The notes beneath the pieces were generated by a model. It saw only the letters and a list, made by a program, of their open reading frames with translations. It was not told where the DNA came from and ran no database searches. The position numbers and the translations under genes were made by a program. A stretch of DNA of 64,000 nucleotides. Source: Neovahlkampfia damariscottae. Lineage: Eukaryota. This document shows, piece by piece, positions 36,495 to 48,582 of this stretch. The DNA lies in assembly GCA_016618085.1 (NCBI GenBank), contig JABLTG010000003.1, positions 124,001-188,000 of the forward strand, given 5' to 3'. Each line of letters begins with the position of its first letter. Positions within the stretch are counted from its first letter, which is position 1.

Positions 36495-36752
36495 TTATTC
36501 AACTTGGAAATCTTCTATTGACGGTACGTCTCTGGATTTTATTCCTTCAAAAATTGAATACTCTAAAAGTGGAAAGTTTCCAAATTTTGTCTTTAAAACA
36601 TTTGTCAAAGGATGAATAAAAATGGTAATTAAAAATTGAATCATTGAAATTTTTTGTTCTTGTTGGTATTTTTTATATTTTTCTCTTTTTTTTCTTATTC
36701 TTTGTATATCATTTTTTTTAATCAAAGCTACAATTCTTTCATCATTTTGCAT
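36495..36752 (-). CDS. Hypothetical protein fragment; exon structure unresolved
   Basis: Open frame with basic and hydrophobic segments, divergent from the ferredoxin gene. Confidence 0.35.
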   Translation of the reverse strand: MQNDERIVALIKKNDIQRIRKKREKYKKYQQEQKISMIQFLITIFIHPLTNVLKTKFGNFPLLEYSIFEGIKSRDVPSIEDFQVE

Positions 36753-36836
36753 TGTTTTGTTGAAACCTGTTTTTTTAACTCTTGATTCTTCCAGTTCAAT
36801 TTCATTGGTCAAATTAACAAAACAATTTAAAAAAAA

Positions 36837-37420
36837 ATGTTGAGAAGAGCTTTAAAATTTAACAAATTTTTAAAAACACAAAAACAAAATATTGTCATCA
36901 ACGGGTTTAAAACACAAGTAAAAAAAAAAATTAAAATAACAAAAACAAAACAAAAGGGTACATTTGAAGAAAATAAAGCAGACCATGTTTGTCATCAAAT
37001 TGAACCAATTGAAGATAAACCAAATGTTCTTCAAAAAACGTAATAAAAATTAAAAATTAAACAAAAAATAGAAAAAATATAACCTTCATTGATTTTACAG
37101 GAAAAAAAACAACAGTACAAGGTTACATTGGACAAACAATTTTAGAAGTTGCTGAAAAGAATGGACTTCCACTTTTTGGAGAATGTGGTGGTTCATGTGG
37201 TTGTATTGGATGTAAAGTTCAAGTTGTTGATGAATTTTATAATGACTTAGTCGGAATGACTATTTATGAAGAAAAAAGACTTGAATCTGTTGATGATATA
37301 AATCCAAGTACACGTTTAGGTTGTCAAGTTGTAATTGATGAACAAACACCTGATGGACTTGTTATTTCAATTCCACCAAGAAGTTTAATGGAAACAATGG
37401 ATAATTGGTGTAAAAGTTAA
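36837..37420 (+). CDS. Mitochondrial 2Fe-2S ferredoxin (adrenodoxin type); 2 introns
   Basis: Presequence MLRRALKFNK; GQTILEVA..GECGGSCGCIGCKV..STRLGCQV. Confidence 0.9.
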
Positions 37421-37430
37421 AGGAATAAAT

Positions 37431-37938
37431 TTATTCATTATAAAACAAAAGATCATCATTTTCAAATTGATAATGTGAATTTGATGATCTTGGAGCTATT
37501 TGTTCAATTGGTAATTTTCGAAAATTTCGAATCACATTATTCCATGAAAATTCAAATTCTGTTGATGATTTTAAGTGGAAAGAACCTTCAATCCATCTTG
37601 GTTTATGAAATCCAATATGAGCAATTTGTATACATCCTATGGCAGGTTTTCCTTGAAGAAAAGGTTCTTAAAGTGAACAAAAAAAAATGTTACCAAAGTT
37701 TTCATCTTGAACTGAAAATAGTGTTAATATTTAGTTTTTGTTTACCATAAAATGAAAGTTCTCCTCCTGGAACCTTTTAAAATTTAATTTCTTTTTTTTT
37801 CAAAACGTTTTTGTCTCCAGTGACTTTCATGGCCAGAATTTGTTTTTTTTCGGGATTATATTTTACATCAACAAGTTCATGTCCATTATTTCCGTAGTTA
37901 CCAATCCAGTAACCATCAATTTGATGAATTTTGTCCAT
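37431..37938 (-). CDS. DUF3506/Cyclin_D1_bind-like small beta-barrel protein; 2 introns
   Basis: GYWIGNYGNNGHELV..AMKVTGDKN-VPGGELSF..QIAHIGFHKPRWIEG. Confidence 0.7.
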
Positions 37939-38104
37939 GAACAAAAAAAAAATGAACACCAATCATTTTAATGTATAATTAAATTTGATCAAATTCATAC
38001 AGTGATGAAAATAAAAGGAAAAAATTGAATTGTCAAAGGACATAACTGCTCTTTTTAAAGAACCAATCAAATCCTAATATTCCACCAACCAACCATTTTC
38101 CTTC

Positions 38105-39846
38105 ATGTTGAACAAAGGAAAAAAGAAAAAAAAGTTATCCAGTGGAAGATTTTCTATCGTTCCTGATTTGATTAAACTAAAAAGTGGTTGTTGTGGTATC
38201 ATAAAATAAAATTAAAACCTCAGAAAACTGTATGATTGATCCAGGTTTGTACTACTGTCACATTTGCCAACAAATTCAATGTTCAGCTTGTAAAAAAATG
38301 GTACATACTTGGGCACTTCGAAAAAATCATCTGAAAGAAATTTCAAAAAGACGACAAGAAATGTTTGACCAGATTGTAAACTTGAGGTTAGCAAAGAGTT
38401 GGGAAGAAGTTATTGAACTTTGTGATCAAGTTATAAAAATAAATAAAAAAGATTATTTTGTCATGGGTTATAAAGGAGAAGCTCAAATAAACGTTGGAAA
38501 AGGAGATGAAGGAAAAAAAACATTAAGAAAAGTTATTGAAGAAAATAATTCAGAACAACCAGATGATATTTTTGCCAAAGCTAGAGCGCATCATATACTC
38601 GAAGGTTTTTTATCACAAAAATTTAACATTTTCTTTAGAAATGGTAGAAGCTGTAGAGTTGTATAAAAAAGCTGGTTTATCAGGGCATCATTTGTCATTT
38701 TATAATTTAGCTGTGTGTTATCAACAAGGATTAGGTGTTGAAAAAGATGAATCTGAAGCCTTCAAATATTTTCAAAAAGGTATCGGAGAATTAAAGTTTT
38801 AATTTTTTTTTAAAGGAGCTGAAGCTGGAAATGGTGAAGCAATGGTAAATTTAGCAGGTTATTATGATAATGGAATAATTGTTGAAAAAAACAAAGACAA
38901 AGCGACTGAGTGGTACAGAAAATCAGCGGAATTGAATTGTGCCATGGGACAATACCATTTTGCAATGAAACTAGAAAATGGAGAAGGAATTAATCCAGAC
39001 CGAGAAGAAGCTTTTATGTGGTTTCGTAAAAGTTCAGATTTAGGCTTGGGAATTGGAAGTTACCAAACAGGAATTTGTTACATGACAGGAAAAGGAACAG
39101 AAAAAAATATTTCTAAAGGTTTTTTATATTTCAGGATGGCTGCTGATGAAGGTGTTCCAGGAGGTAAATATCGAGTTGGAACTTGTTACGAAAGAGGATT
39201 AGGAGTTGAAAAAAATGAACAAGAAGCTGTAAAATGGTATCATATGGCAGCTCAAGACGGATTACCAGCAGCTGAATATAATCTTGGAATTTGTTATGAA
39301 CAAGTCATTGGAGTTGAAGAAGAAAATTTAGAAAAAGCTTTTCAATTTTATTTATTAGCTGCAGATAAAGGACATGCAGAAGCTCAATATAATGTTGGTG
39401 TATTTTATGATCAAGGTATTTATGTAGAAGCTGATTCAAAAAAGGCATTTGAATATTATGAAAAATCGGCAAAACAAAATGATCTTTCTGCAATGTTCGC
39501 ATTGGGTCAATGTTATTCAAATGGGATTGGTATAAAAAAAAATGAAAAAGAAGCGTTCACTTGGTGGAAAGAAGCAGCTATTAAAGGAGACACACCGTCC
39601 ATGTTTGAATTGTTTTTTTGTTATATTGGAGGTTTAGGAGTTACTCGTGATTTGAAAGAAGGTGGTGTTTGGTTACAAAAATCAGCTTTTGAAGGAAATA
39701 CAAGAGCACAAATTAAATTAGCAGAATGTTACAAAAAAGCTATTTCTGGGTTCAATATAGACATTAAAGAATCAAAACGATGGTTGGAGAAAGCACAAGA
39801 AGAAAATGAAGATGAAATTGAAATTCCTGAATTTAAGGATTTATAA
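38105..39846 (+). CDS. Sel1-like repeat protein with N-terminal Cys-rich and TPR segments; about 3 introns
   Basis: About 10 repeats of A.YNLG.CY..G.GVEK...A..WY..AA. Confidence 0.88.
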
Positions 39847-39950
39847 TTTATTTAAACATTTTTTATTTCAATATTTTTTAATTCACCAAACGGGAAATTT
39901 TTTTATTGGCTAATTTTTTTTTTTTTGACTCATCCAAACGTTACGTAAAG

Positions 39951-42900
39951 ATGGGTAATGATATTGGAATACCACTGAATCCTTCGCATGAAGACTCAAG
40001 ATATGAGTCTAACAAATCGAGGAACAATAAGAAATTAAAAAGAAGGAGGTCAAATTCATTAAATAGTCGTTCTTTAGGAAACCAAAAAACGAATGGTTTG
40101 CATAGTAGTAGATATGTGTCATTTATTGTAAAAGAATCAAGTTATGTTGCCGTTGGTTTGGATGAAGACGGAAATAAAACTATTAACGAATATACAATTC
40201 TATCAACTCTTGGAAGTGGAGCTTTTGCTAAAGTAAAGCTTTGTATGAATAGTACTAATGACAAACCATTTGTAAAAAAATATTTTTTTTTTTTTTAACT
40301 TTCTAAAAAAGGCTGTAAAAATTATAAACAAGTCTCTTTTGAAGAGCAAAATCGTTTCAAGTGGAGTTAATGCTCTGGATTTAGCAAGAAGAGAATGCTT
40401 GATTTTGAAGAAATTACACCATCCAAATATTGTAAAATTAATAGAAGTCATCGATGATCCAGAAAATAACAAAATGTTTTTTGTTATGGAGTATGTTGAA
40501 AATGGACCTGTTTGGAAACAAGGAAGTCCACCTTTTGAAGAAGAAGTTGCAAGAAAATATACAATTGATATCCTAGAAGGTCTTCATTATCGTAAGAACT
40601 TTTTTTTTTTTAACAAAAAAGTTCATCGAAAAAATATCATTCATCGTGACATAAAACCTGAAAATTTGTTGTTAGATCATAATAACGTTGTAAAATTAAG
40701 TGATTTTGGTGTTTCTGAGATACTACAAGAAGAGGATGATACAATTAATAAATACGCAGGAACACCAGCTTTTCAGAGTCCAGAATCAATTGAAGGAGGT
40801 GGTTTTAGTGGTAAAGCTGCTGATATATGGGCTGTTGGAGTTACTTTATTTCTTTTCATATTTGGTGAACTTCCTTTCAAAGGTAAAAATCATAGTGAAA
40901 TTTGGAATGCTATTCAAAACAAAGAGTTTTTTTTTTTTTTTATTTTAATAATTTTTTAAGACTTCAATTACCTCATGACATTCCAGAAGACATGAAAGAT
41001 TTTTTAATTCGATTGTTAAAAAAAGATGCAAATGAAAGAATAAAAATGCATGATATTAGAAAACATCCATGGATTGATCCTGATGGAAAGAATGCTGATG
41101 AAGAGGAAGAAGTTTGGAAACCACCTGAAGAAAAGGTTTTTTTTTTTTTCTTTTTTAACTTTTTAGTCTGCTTATACAAGAGTTCAACAAAAACTAATTT
41201 CATTGAGAAATAAACAAATCAAAGGAAAATCAACAACTTCATCACAAACTGAATACTTAACAAAATCACCAAGAGATGTGAAAGAACCAGAAGCAGAAAA
41301 TAAAGAAGAAGAGGAATTATTTGAAGAAGAAGAAGAAGAATTGAAGCCAGGTGAAGAAGTTGATATTTTTGCATTTTTGAAAACACAAATTGATGCTCAA
41401 GAACTACAAATTGTAAACAAAAGACTATCCAAAAGAAAAGAAGAATTAGAAGCTGCAAATAAAAGAAGTTCAAAAAGAAAAAGTTCAAGAGAAGAAAATA
41501 TTGATACTGGATCACCAAAGAGAGATTCACCAAAGACTATTGCTGAAAAGAAAAAACATCAATCAAAATCAACTTCATCTCCAACATTCAGTTCTAATGA
41601 AGAATCTGGTACAAGTTCTACTGGTATTCTATCTGCTCTATTTTCTAGAAGATCAACAACATCAACGACATCAGAAAAAACTCCAACTTCTGCAACAAAT
41701 AGTACTAATGCTCCCAATACAAGTTTTACAAAATCAGTTGAACAAGAAATTATGGAAGCTCATAAGAATTTATTTGATGATTTAACAGAAACAATTGATG
41801 AAGACAGTGGTGATGTTGATGAAATGACTGATTATTTATATTCAGTTGAAGATGAAACACATGCATCTCCTGGTGATAAAACACCTGATCCTGATAATGA
41901 TATTAATCTATTATTAAAAAGACAAAATTCAATGTTTGTTTTAACAAATGATGAAGAAGATGTTGAAGATCAATTAGAATGGAGACAATATTTAAAATTT
42001 TCACCAAGAGGAAATAATTCATTCAAAAAGAAAAGAGAATTAATGGAAATCAAATTGAATGAAAAATTGGGAAGTGAAGAAACTAAAAAAACAAATACAA
42101 AACCACCTGTACCTCCAAAAGCTATAAAAGATAAAAATGGTAATATTAAACCAGCACCTCCACTTTCTCCAAAACCAAAATTAAAAACTCATTCACTTGT
42201 TGTTCCACCAATACCAAAACAACCAGAAAAAGAAGAAATGAATGTTTTTGATTTGGATCAAACAAGAGAACCTTTACAAATTTTATTGTCAACAAAAAAA
42301 TTTCAAGAATCATTTGCACATATTGAAGACCCAAAAGAAAGACAATTAGAAATTTCAAAATTTTTATCTGGACAAACAACAGCAAGAACTCTTCAGACCA
42401 AAAAAGTGTTGAATACTTTAGAAGCAGTTTCAAGACAATCAATGGACAGAGCAAAGTCAGAAGAACTTCAAAAACAAATCAAAGAACAACAACCTAAAAA
42501 AACAGATGAAGAATTAGATTGGAGGGATTTCTTGAAAGCATCACCTGAGAAAAAACAAGAGATTGAAGAAGAAAAGAAACAGGAAGAAGAAGACAAAGAA
42601 GAAGAATTGGAATGGAGAGATTTCATAAAAGCTCATAGACCAAAAAGAAGATCTGCAAGTATTCCACCTCCAACTTCAACTAGTTTATCTGAATCACCTG
42701 AAACAGAGCCAATAACAAGTCCAACTTCTACCACTCATGCATTGATCAAAAAGATAATAAGTCCAAGACCAAAAACTTCAAAGACAAGAAATAACACTGA
42801 AATATCAGAAATGCCACCTCCATCAAAACCAATTCAACAAGAATCCAATACAACATCATCAAGTGATAACAAACCTTCACCAAGAACTACTGCTGATTTT

Positions 42901-43362
42901 TTTCAAAAAAACATTCAAACTACAACTGGACATCCACCTGTGAAAAGAAATTCATCAACTGATCATTCAATTGAACAATCACCTTTTAACACTTTCTTTT
43001 CAATTTTCAAAAAAAAATCATCAGTTGATGAAACAGAGAATAAAAAACCAAAGACTACCAGTGATGGATCAAAGAAGAGTGATGAAGATCCTCTGACATC
43101 TCCTGCCACAAGTCTCAAATCACCAACAACTATCAAATCAAATCAAATACAATTTCCAACAAATAGAGCTGTTTCAATGTCAGATGATACATCATCATCT
43201 ATTAAGAAATTGAATTCGTTTTCAAATTTGAATACAATGGATTCTGAAGAGGAAGATGATTCAGATTCAATCAACTCAGATAAAGTTGAAGCATTTAATG
43301 ATTATACAACTGAAATTACTGTTGAAAATATTCAAAATGAAATAATAAAAATTGGACCATGA
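39951..43362 (+). CDS. CaMKK-like Ser/Thr kinase with a long low-complexity C-terminal tail; about 4 introns
   Basis: KTINEY, LGSGAFAKVKL, HPNIVKLIEVIDDP, HRDIKPENLL, DFGVS, GTPAFQSPE, DIWAVGVTL; N-terminal MG. Confidence 0.9.
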
Positions 43363-43432
43363 AATTGTTTGTTTACTATTGGGTTATTATTATTCCTCCA
43401 ATCAAGTTTATCTTCTTCAAAAACAGACCAAA

Positions 43433-46254
43433 ATGTTTAGAGTTGAACTTGATAAATTTATTACTGAATTATCATATAAAATTGAGTAATTTAATAAATA
43501 CGATTTAATAAGATCTCAGTAACCTTGAAATCAATTTTGGAAATTTTAAAAAATTTTTTACTTTTGAATCCAAAGAAATATTTGCAGGTCCAAATCAAAA
43601 ATACCCTGCTTTAGAATGGAAATTAAACTCAGAATTCTATTATCAACTCAGAAACATTAATTTTCTCAATTCAAAAAAATTAGAGATTTCTTGTAAAAAT
43701 GACCAAGGTTTAGAATTAGCTTCAACCGAAATTGATTTATATTCACTTGCAACAGGTCCAGAACTTCAACAACTTGATTTAAAATATGACCAAAATATTG
43801 TTGGAAAAGTGTCTTTCAAAGTTACAATGTCGGAAGAAAAAATTATTCAAACTTTTTTACATTCTTTTTACGTGATAACAGAATCACCTTGTGATTGTTA
43901 TATTAAATATTGGATTTCAGGAAGTTCTATTAAATACAACACAATTACTTCACAAAAGAATGTTCAACATTTATGGAAAGACTCATTAACACCTTTGTTA
44001 TTCAAAGGATCTTTGAAAGATTTTTTACATCAAGATATCTTTATTCAACTCTTTAAAATTATAAAAGGAAAACATATCAATTTTGGTGAATTGAAGGTAT
44101 TTTTTTTTTTCTTTTTTTCACATTCAGATTCCAATGATGAAATATATTTCATATCATGAAAAAATTACTAGATTTCAAGAAGAGTTTTATATCAATCATT
44201 CACCTTCATATTTCCTTGAAGGAATGATTAATTTCAGAAATTTACCAGAATTTGCTCAAATTCAAAATGGAAGTTCGATTTGTCACTGTAATATTAATTT
44301 TTTAGTAAATACATCAAATGGAATTATCAATGGAACTATTTTAATTCCAGGAGTCAAATTACCAAAACTAAAACAAGAGGTAATTGTCCAACCAAAATCA
44401 ACTTCCAAAACAATCCCAACTATTGACACAAAGACACTTCCACAAACATTAAAATTTGAAAAAAATTACATTTTAAGTTTCAATTTTCCTACGAATTTTA
44501 TCTCAGTAAACCAAAAAACAACTAACATCTCTCAAGACTGTTCAATGCAACTCACCGATTGGTGAATTAAAATTTTCCTATTTCGAAATTTACATTGAAA
44601 ATTCAGGAGAATTCAAGTAAAAAAATAGAAGAAACTAAAAATTTTCTAGTCAAATAACTATTGGGCTATCAAGAAAAGGATTTCCTTCAAACTTAATTCC
44701 AGGAACTGATGAATTGTAATCTAACCAATTTTAATCATTTTTCAAGGTCTTATGGGTACCGTTCTGATACAGGGATGAAATATCACAATGATGAATCAAT
44801 AACTTATGGTCCATTCTTTTCTGAGGGAGATACTATTGGTTGTGGGATTGAAGACAACGGAATCTATTATACCAAAAATGGAAGTTTTCTTGGATACACA
44901 AACTATACTAAAGATGAACATGAACTATTTCCAACCATTTCTTTATCCAGTAGACACTCAAAAGTATTCACAAACTTTGGACAAAAAAAATTAAAATTTC
45001 ACACAAAATATGCAAAACTCCCACAAAATTGGAAATTAAAAGAGGATTCATTTAAAAGAATGTTTTTTGAAAATAAAGAAAAAAGAATGTTTAGTGATCC
45101 AAGATTTCAAAACGAAAATGAAGATATTTTGAGAATTGAAAATGACAAATTAATCAATTCTTTTACAAAGTCCATAACTTCTTCAAGTATCATTAAAAAC
45201 AAAAAAATAGTTAAAAAATGGAAACCTATTGAGAATTTGAATTTACTTGTCGAAATGAAAAAAATACCTTTATACACATTTGTTCCTGAAAAATACAAAA
45301 AAAAAGTAAATGAGGGAAATTCATTTTTTTTAGACGATGAACATAATAATGTGTTTATACCATCAATTAGATTAATTGCAAAGTCATTTGAAGAATTAAA
45401 CCTAAGAGAAGATGTGAAATTTTTGACCATTGGACCAGCAGGACTAGGTTTCATTTCATCTTTGGCTTCTTCTTTGATTAAAGGAAAAACAACTTTAATT
45501 GATAATTCAGAAGAGAATTTAGATTTGGTTCATGATAATATTATTGAGTTTAACAAATCAAAAGGAGAATCAATTTCAATCAAATTTGAAAAAAGAAATA
45601 TTTTTTCAAATCCAAATTTGAAGAATATTTATCAATTACCAAATAGTTTTAGTGAAAATTATGATTTTATTTTTTGTTCATATGCTATTACAAGAAATTC
45701 ACTTCATGATTTTGAATATCTTTTGAGCAAACAAGGTGGTTTTGTTATAGCTTGTATTGAAGGAATTGTTTACGCTTTACATTTCAATGGTTCAACTTGG
45801 TTTGAAAAACCACTTTTGAAATGTGAATTTCCAGATTTTGATGGATATTTCAATGAAAATGAAATCATTGAAGAAAATTACTTAAGAGTTCAAAAATATT
45901 TATCAAATTTTGGAATAATGGATGATATCATTAATAGAGCAATTGATGATTTCAAAACAGAAGGATTGAAAAAAGTATATATTTTAATTCTTTTTTTATA
46001 ATTTTTTTTAGTTGATGGATTTTTCATCGTTATTTCATCAAATTAATAAAATGGAATCTTTTCCTTATGAAATTGTAAAAGATGCATTTGATTCTTTCAA
46101 CACTAAAGAAGATGCTCATTCATTTTTAACAAATTATCGAGGTATTTCATCACATTATAATTTGCCTCCTCAAAAAGTTAAAGAAATTTTTATCATGATG
46201 AAATGTGATATGAATGCAATTATTAATCATTTATTTCATCAAATGAATCAATAA
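43433..46254 (+). CDS. Multidomain protein: C2-like, SPRY, WW-like, PCMT-like methyltransferase fold, UBA-like tail; several introns
   Basis: YFEIYI..ITIGL..SYGYRSDTG..YGPFFSEGDTIGCG..YTKNG..LFPTISL..NFGQ (SPRY); LPQNW..FFEN..DPR (WW); FLTIGPAGLG..YDFIFC. Confidence 0.65.
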
Positions 46255-46259
46255 AATAT

Positions 46260-48557
46260 TTATTCTTCAAAGTATAAAGAAAATTGTTTCAGTAATATTT
46301 CAGATAATTCATCTGAGTTGCTTTTTACTTTTGAAGCACTTTTGAAAATCCACATCCATGCTTGTCCAGATTCTGTAAAATTCATTGGAAATGTTCCAAC
46401 TGGAGAATTCTTTTTCAAACATCCTTTCCAATATCCAGTTTCAAAATTTCTTTCAATAATGATAATTTCATCTCCCTTTTTCATTTTGAATTCTTTTTCA
46501 TCACAAAAATCACAACTTGCAATTGTTCGATTTCTTTTATAATTCTTTAGAGGTGTAATTTCTTCAGGTTTAAATTTCTCAACTTTTTTAGGTTTGAATA
46601 GATTTCCAAGTTTTTCAAATAGTGAAATTTCTTCATTCGGTTTTTTCTCAAAATAAATCTTCATTAAATCTTCCGTTGAAAAAATCAATGGAATTTCATT
46701 TGGACATAAAATTTCTTTGATTTTATCAAATTTTTCAGATTCTGCTTGAACATATCCTTCGGTTATTTCTTCCATAAATTGCAATTCCTCAGTGGCAGAA
46801 CTGTTTAATTTGATATCTGATATTCCAGGAGGATTCAAACGAAAGTAATCAACTTTTTTTGACATTTGAGAAGATAAAACAGTTTCAACCATTGTTTTAT
46901 GGGTTTTTTCAGCATTTGTTGCTTCTTCAACCATCGCATTGATTGTGTTCATAACATTCCAATTATATTTTTTGAATTCTTCAGATTCTTCATCAGTTGA
47001 ACCAGTTCCCAAAGAAACAATGCATAAATCACGATTTGGCCATAAAGCACATGATTCTCTGTATGCAATTTCAGTTGGATTTAAATATACAACTCCTCCA
47101 TCTATCATAAAAGTCAAATCAATTTTTTTTTTTTTACCAATGAATGTAACACCATTGACATGGATGGGGGAGAAATAAGTTGGAGCTGCAGAAGTTGCTC
47201 TTGCAGCTTCCCAAATTTTACAATTGAATTTTTCTTCATTTTCATTTTTTACATAATTCTTCAATAAGAATGGTTTAGGTGGACCTTTTTTGCCTTGAGT
47301 TGCAGAAATGACAAACATTTTTTTTTCAGGAAATGAGTATAATTCTTCATCTGATCCGTATAATTCCTTCATATGTTTTTCTAATCTAGAAATATCATAC
47401 CAACCATTGGACGATAATAAATTCTTCAAACCATCAAAAGTATTTTTGAATTTTGCTCCAAAGATATCTTTTCCGATATTATAGTATAAATCTCTTAATT
47501 TTGATAAGTTATCTTTCTTTGAAAAAATAGCCAATGATATTAATCCTCCAGTGGATGTTCCACAAATCATATCAAAAGAATCATAAATTGTTTTGTTGGT
47601 TTTTTTTTCTATTTCTTCTAGCATTTTTAGTAATGCTAGTCCACGTATGCCACCACCATCTAAACTGAGTATTTTTATTGGTTCTTCACATGAAGGCATT
47701 TTCGTCCATTGAGGAGAATTTTGTAAAAAGATTTTATCTGAACCTGAAATTGATTGAAGTGAAATTGTATCATTTAAACCGTACAAACAAAGAGCAGTAT
47801 TTTTAATGAAACTGCGATGAATTTTGAAGAACTTTTTTGCGAATAATTTTTTCGCTTTTTCACAATAAAGTAACGCATTTTCAAGACATTCTATTTTTAT
47901 ACTCTTTTCGAATTCATAATTATCATCCAGGTCCAAAGAAATATTCCAGAAAATAGAAGAAATATTGTTCAATTTATCCAATAAAATTGGATCATCCTCT
48001 CCAAAGATCTTTTCTGTCTGTTTTAGATCAATCATTAACTCTTGACCGAGTTTTCTTTTAAATCTAGCAACTAAACATTTGTTTAATGAGTTAGCTATTT
48101 TTTCAGTATCCTTTCTTTTACCAACATCTAAATACATTAAGGATTGATTCGTTGAGTCAAAGGAGCACAACAGTTTTCCAAATTCTTCCAAAGCTTTATC
48201 TGTAAAAGAGTTATTTTTTATGCTTAAATATTGAACTTCGTTCAATTCATGAGACGCAAGACCTGTAGCAAGAGAAATTAAAGTTTCGTCATTAAAATCT
48301 TTTTCCCAGTAATCCAAGCACAAACGAAAACATTTTACATTTCCATTTCTTCCTCTTATAATAATTTGTCTCATTAGGTGGTCCAAATCTTCTTTATAAG
48401 AAGTTTGAAATATTTTTTTTGTGAAATATTTAACACCACCAGAAAAGTCAAATTTGTTCGGATGTTTTGAACTAATTTCAGGTGGATAATATTCTACTTC
48501 TTGGTATTTTGAAAGTTTATCATAATCAAGTTCAAGTGCATCATCAGACACAAACAT
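46260..48557 (-). CDS. Patatin-like phospholipase with an N-terminal LRR-like region and a C-terminal SH3 domain; intron 47102-47137
   Basis: LSLDGGGIRG, GTSTGG, ARATSAAPTYF, FI-DGG; SH3 IASCDF..EFKMKKGDEI..GYWKG..GTFPMNF. Confidence 0.9.
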   Translation of the reverse strand: MFVSDDALELDYDKLSKYQEVEYYPPEISSKHPNKFDFSGGVKYFTKKIFQTSYKEDLDHLMRQIIIRGRNGNVKCFRLCLDYWEKDFNDETLISLATGLASHELNEVQYLSIKNNSFTDKALEEFGKLLCSFDSTNQSLMYLDVGKRKDTEKIANSLNKCLVARFKRKLGQELMIDLKQTEKIFGEDDPILLDKLNNISSIFWNISLDLDDNYEFEKSIKIECLENALLYCEKAKKLFAKKFFKIHRSFIKNTALCLYGLNDTISLQSISGSDKIFLQNSPQWTKMPSCEEPIKILSLDGGGIRGLALLKMLEEIEKKTNKTIYDSFDMICGTSTGGLISLAIFSKKDNLSKLRDLYYNIGKDIFGAKFKNTFDGLKNLLSSNGWYDISRLEKHMKELYGSDEELYSFPEKKMFVISATQGKKGPPKPFLLKNYVKNENEEKFNCKIWEAARATSAAPTYFSPIHVNGVTFIGKKKKIDLTFMIDGGVVYLNPTEIAYRESCALWPNRDLCIVSLGTGSTDEESEEFKKYNWNVMNTINAMVEEATNAEKTHKTMVETVLSSQMSKKVDYFRLNPPGISDIKLNSSATEELQFMEEITEGYVQAESEKFDKIKEILCPNEIPLIFSTEDLMKIYFEKKPNEEISLFEKLGNLFKPKKVEKFKPEEITPLKNYKRNRTIASCDFCDEKEFKMKKGDEIIIIERNFETGYWKGCLKKNSPVGTFPMNFTESGQAWMWIFKSASKVKSNSDELSEILLKQFSLYFEE

Positions 48558-48582
48558 CTTCCAACTCTGAAAATCAACCAAT

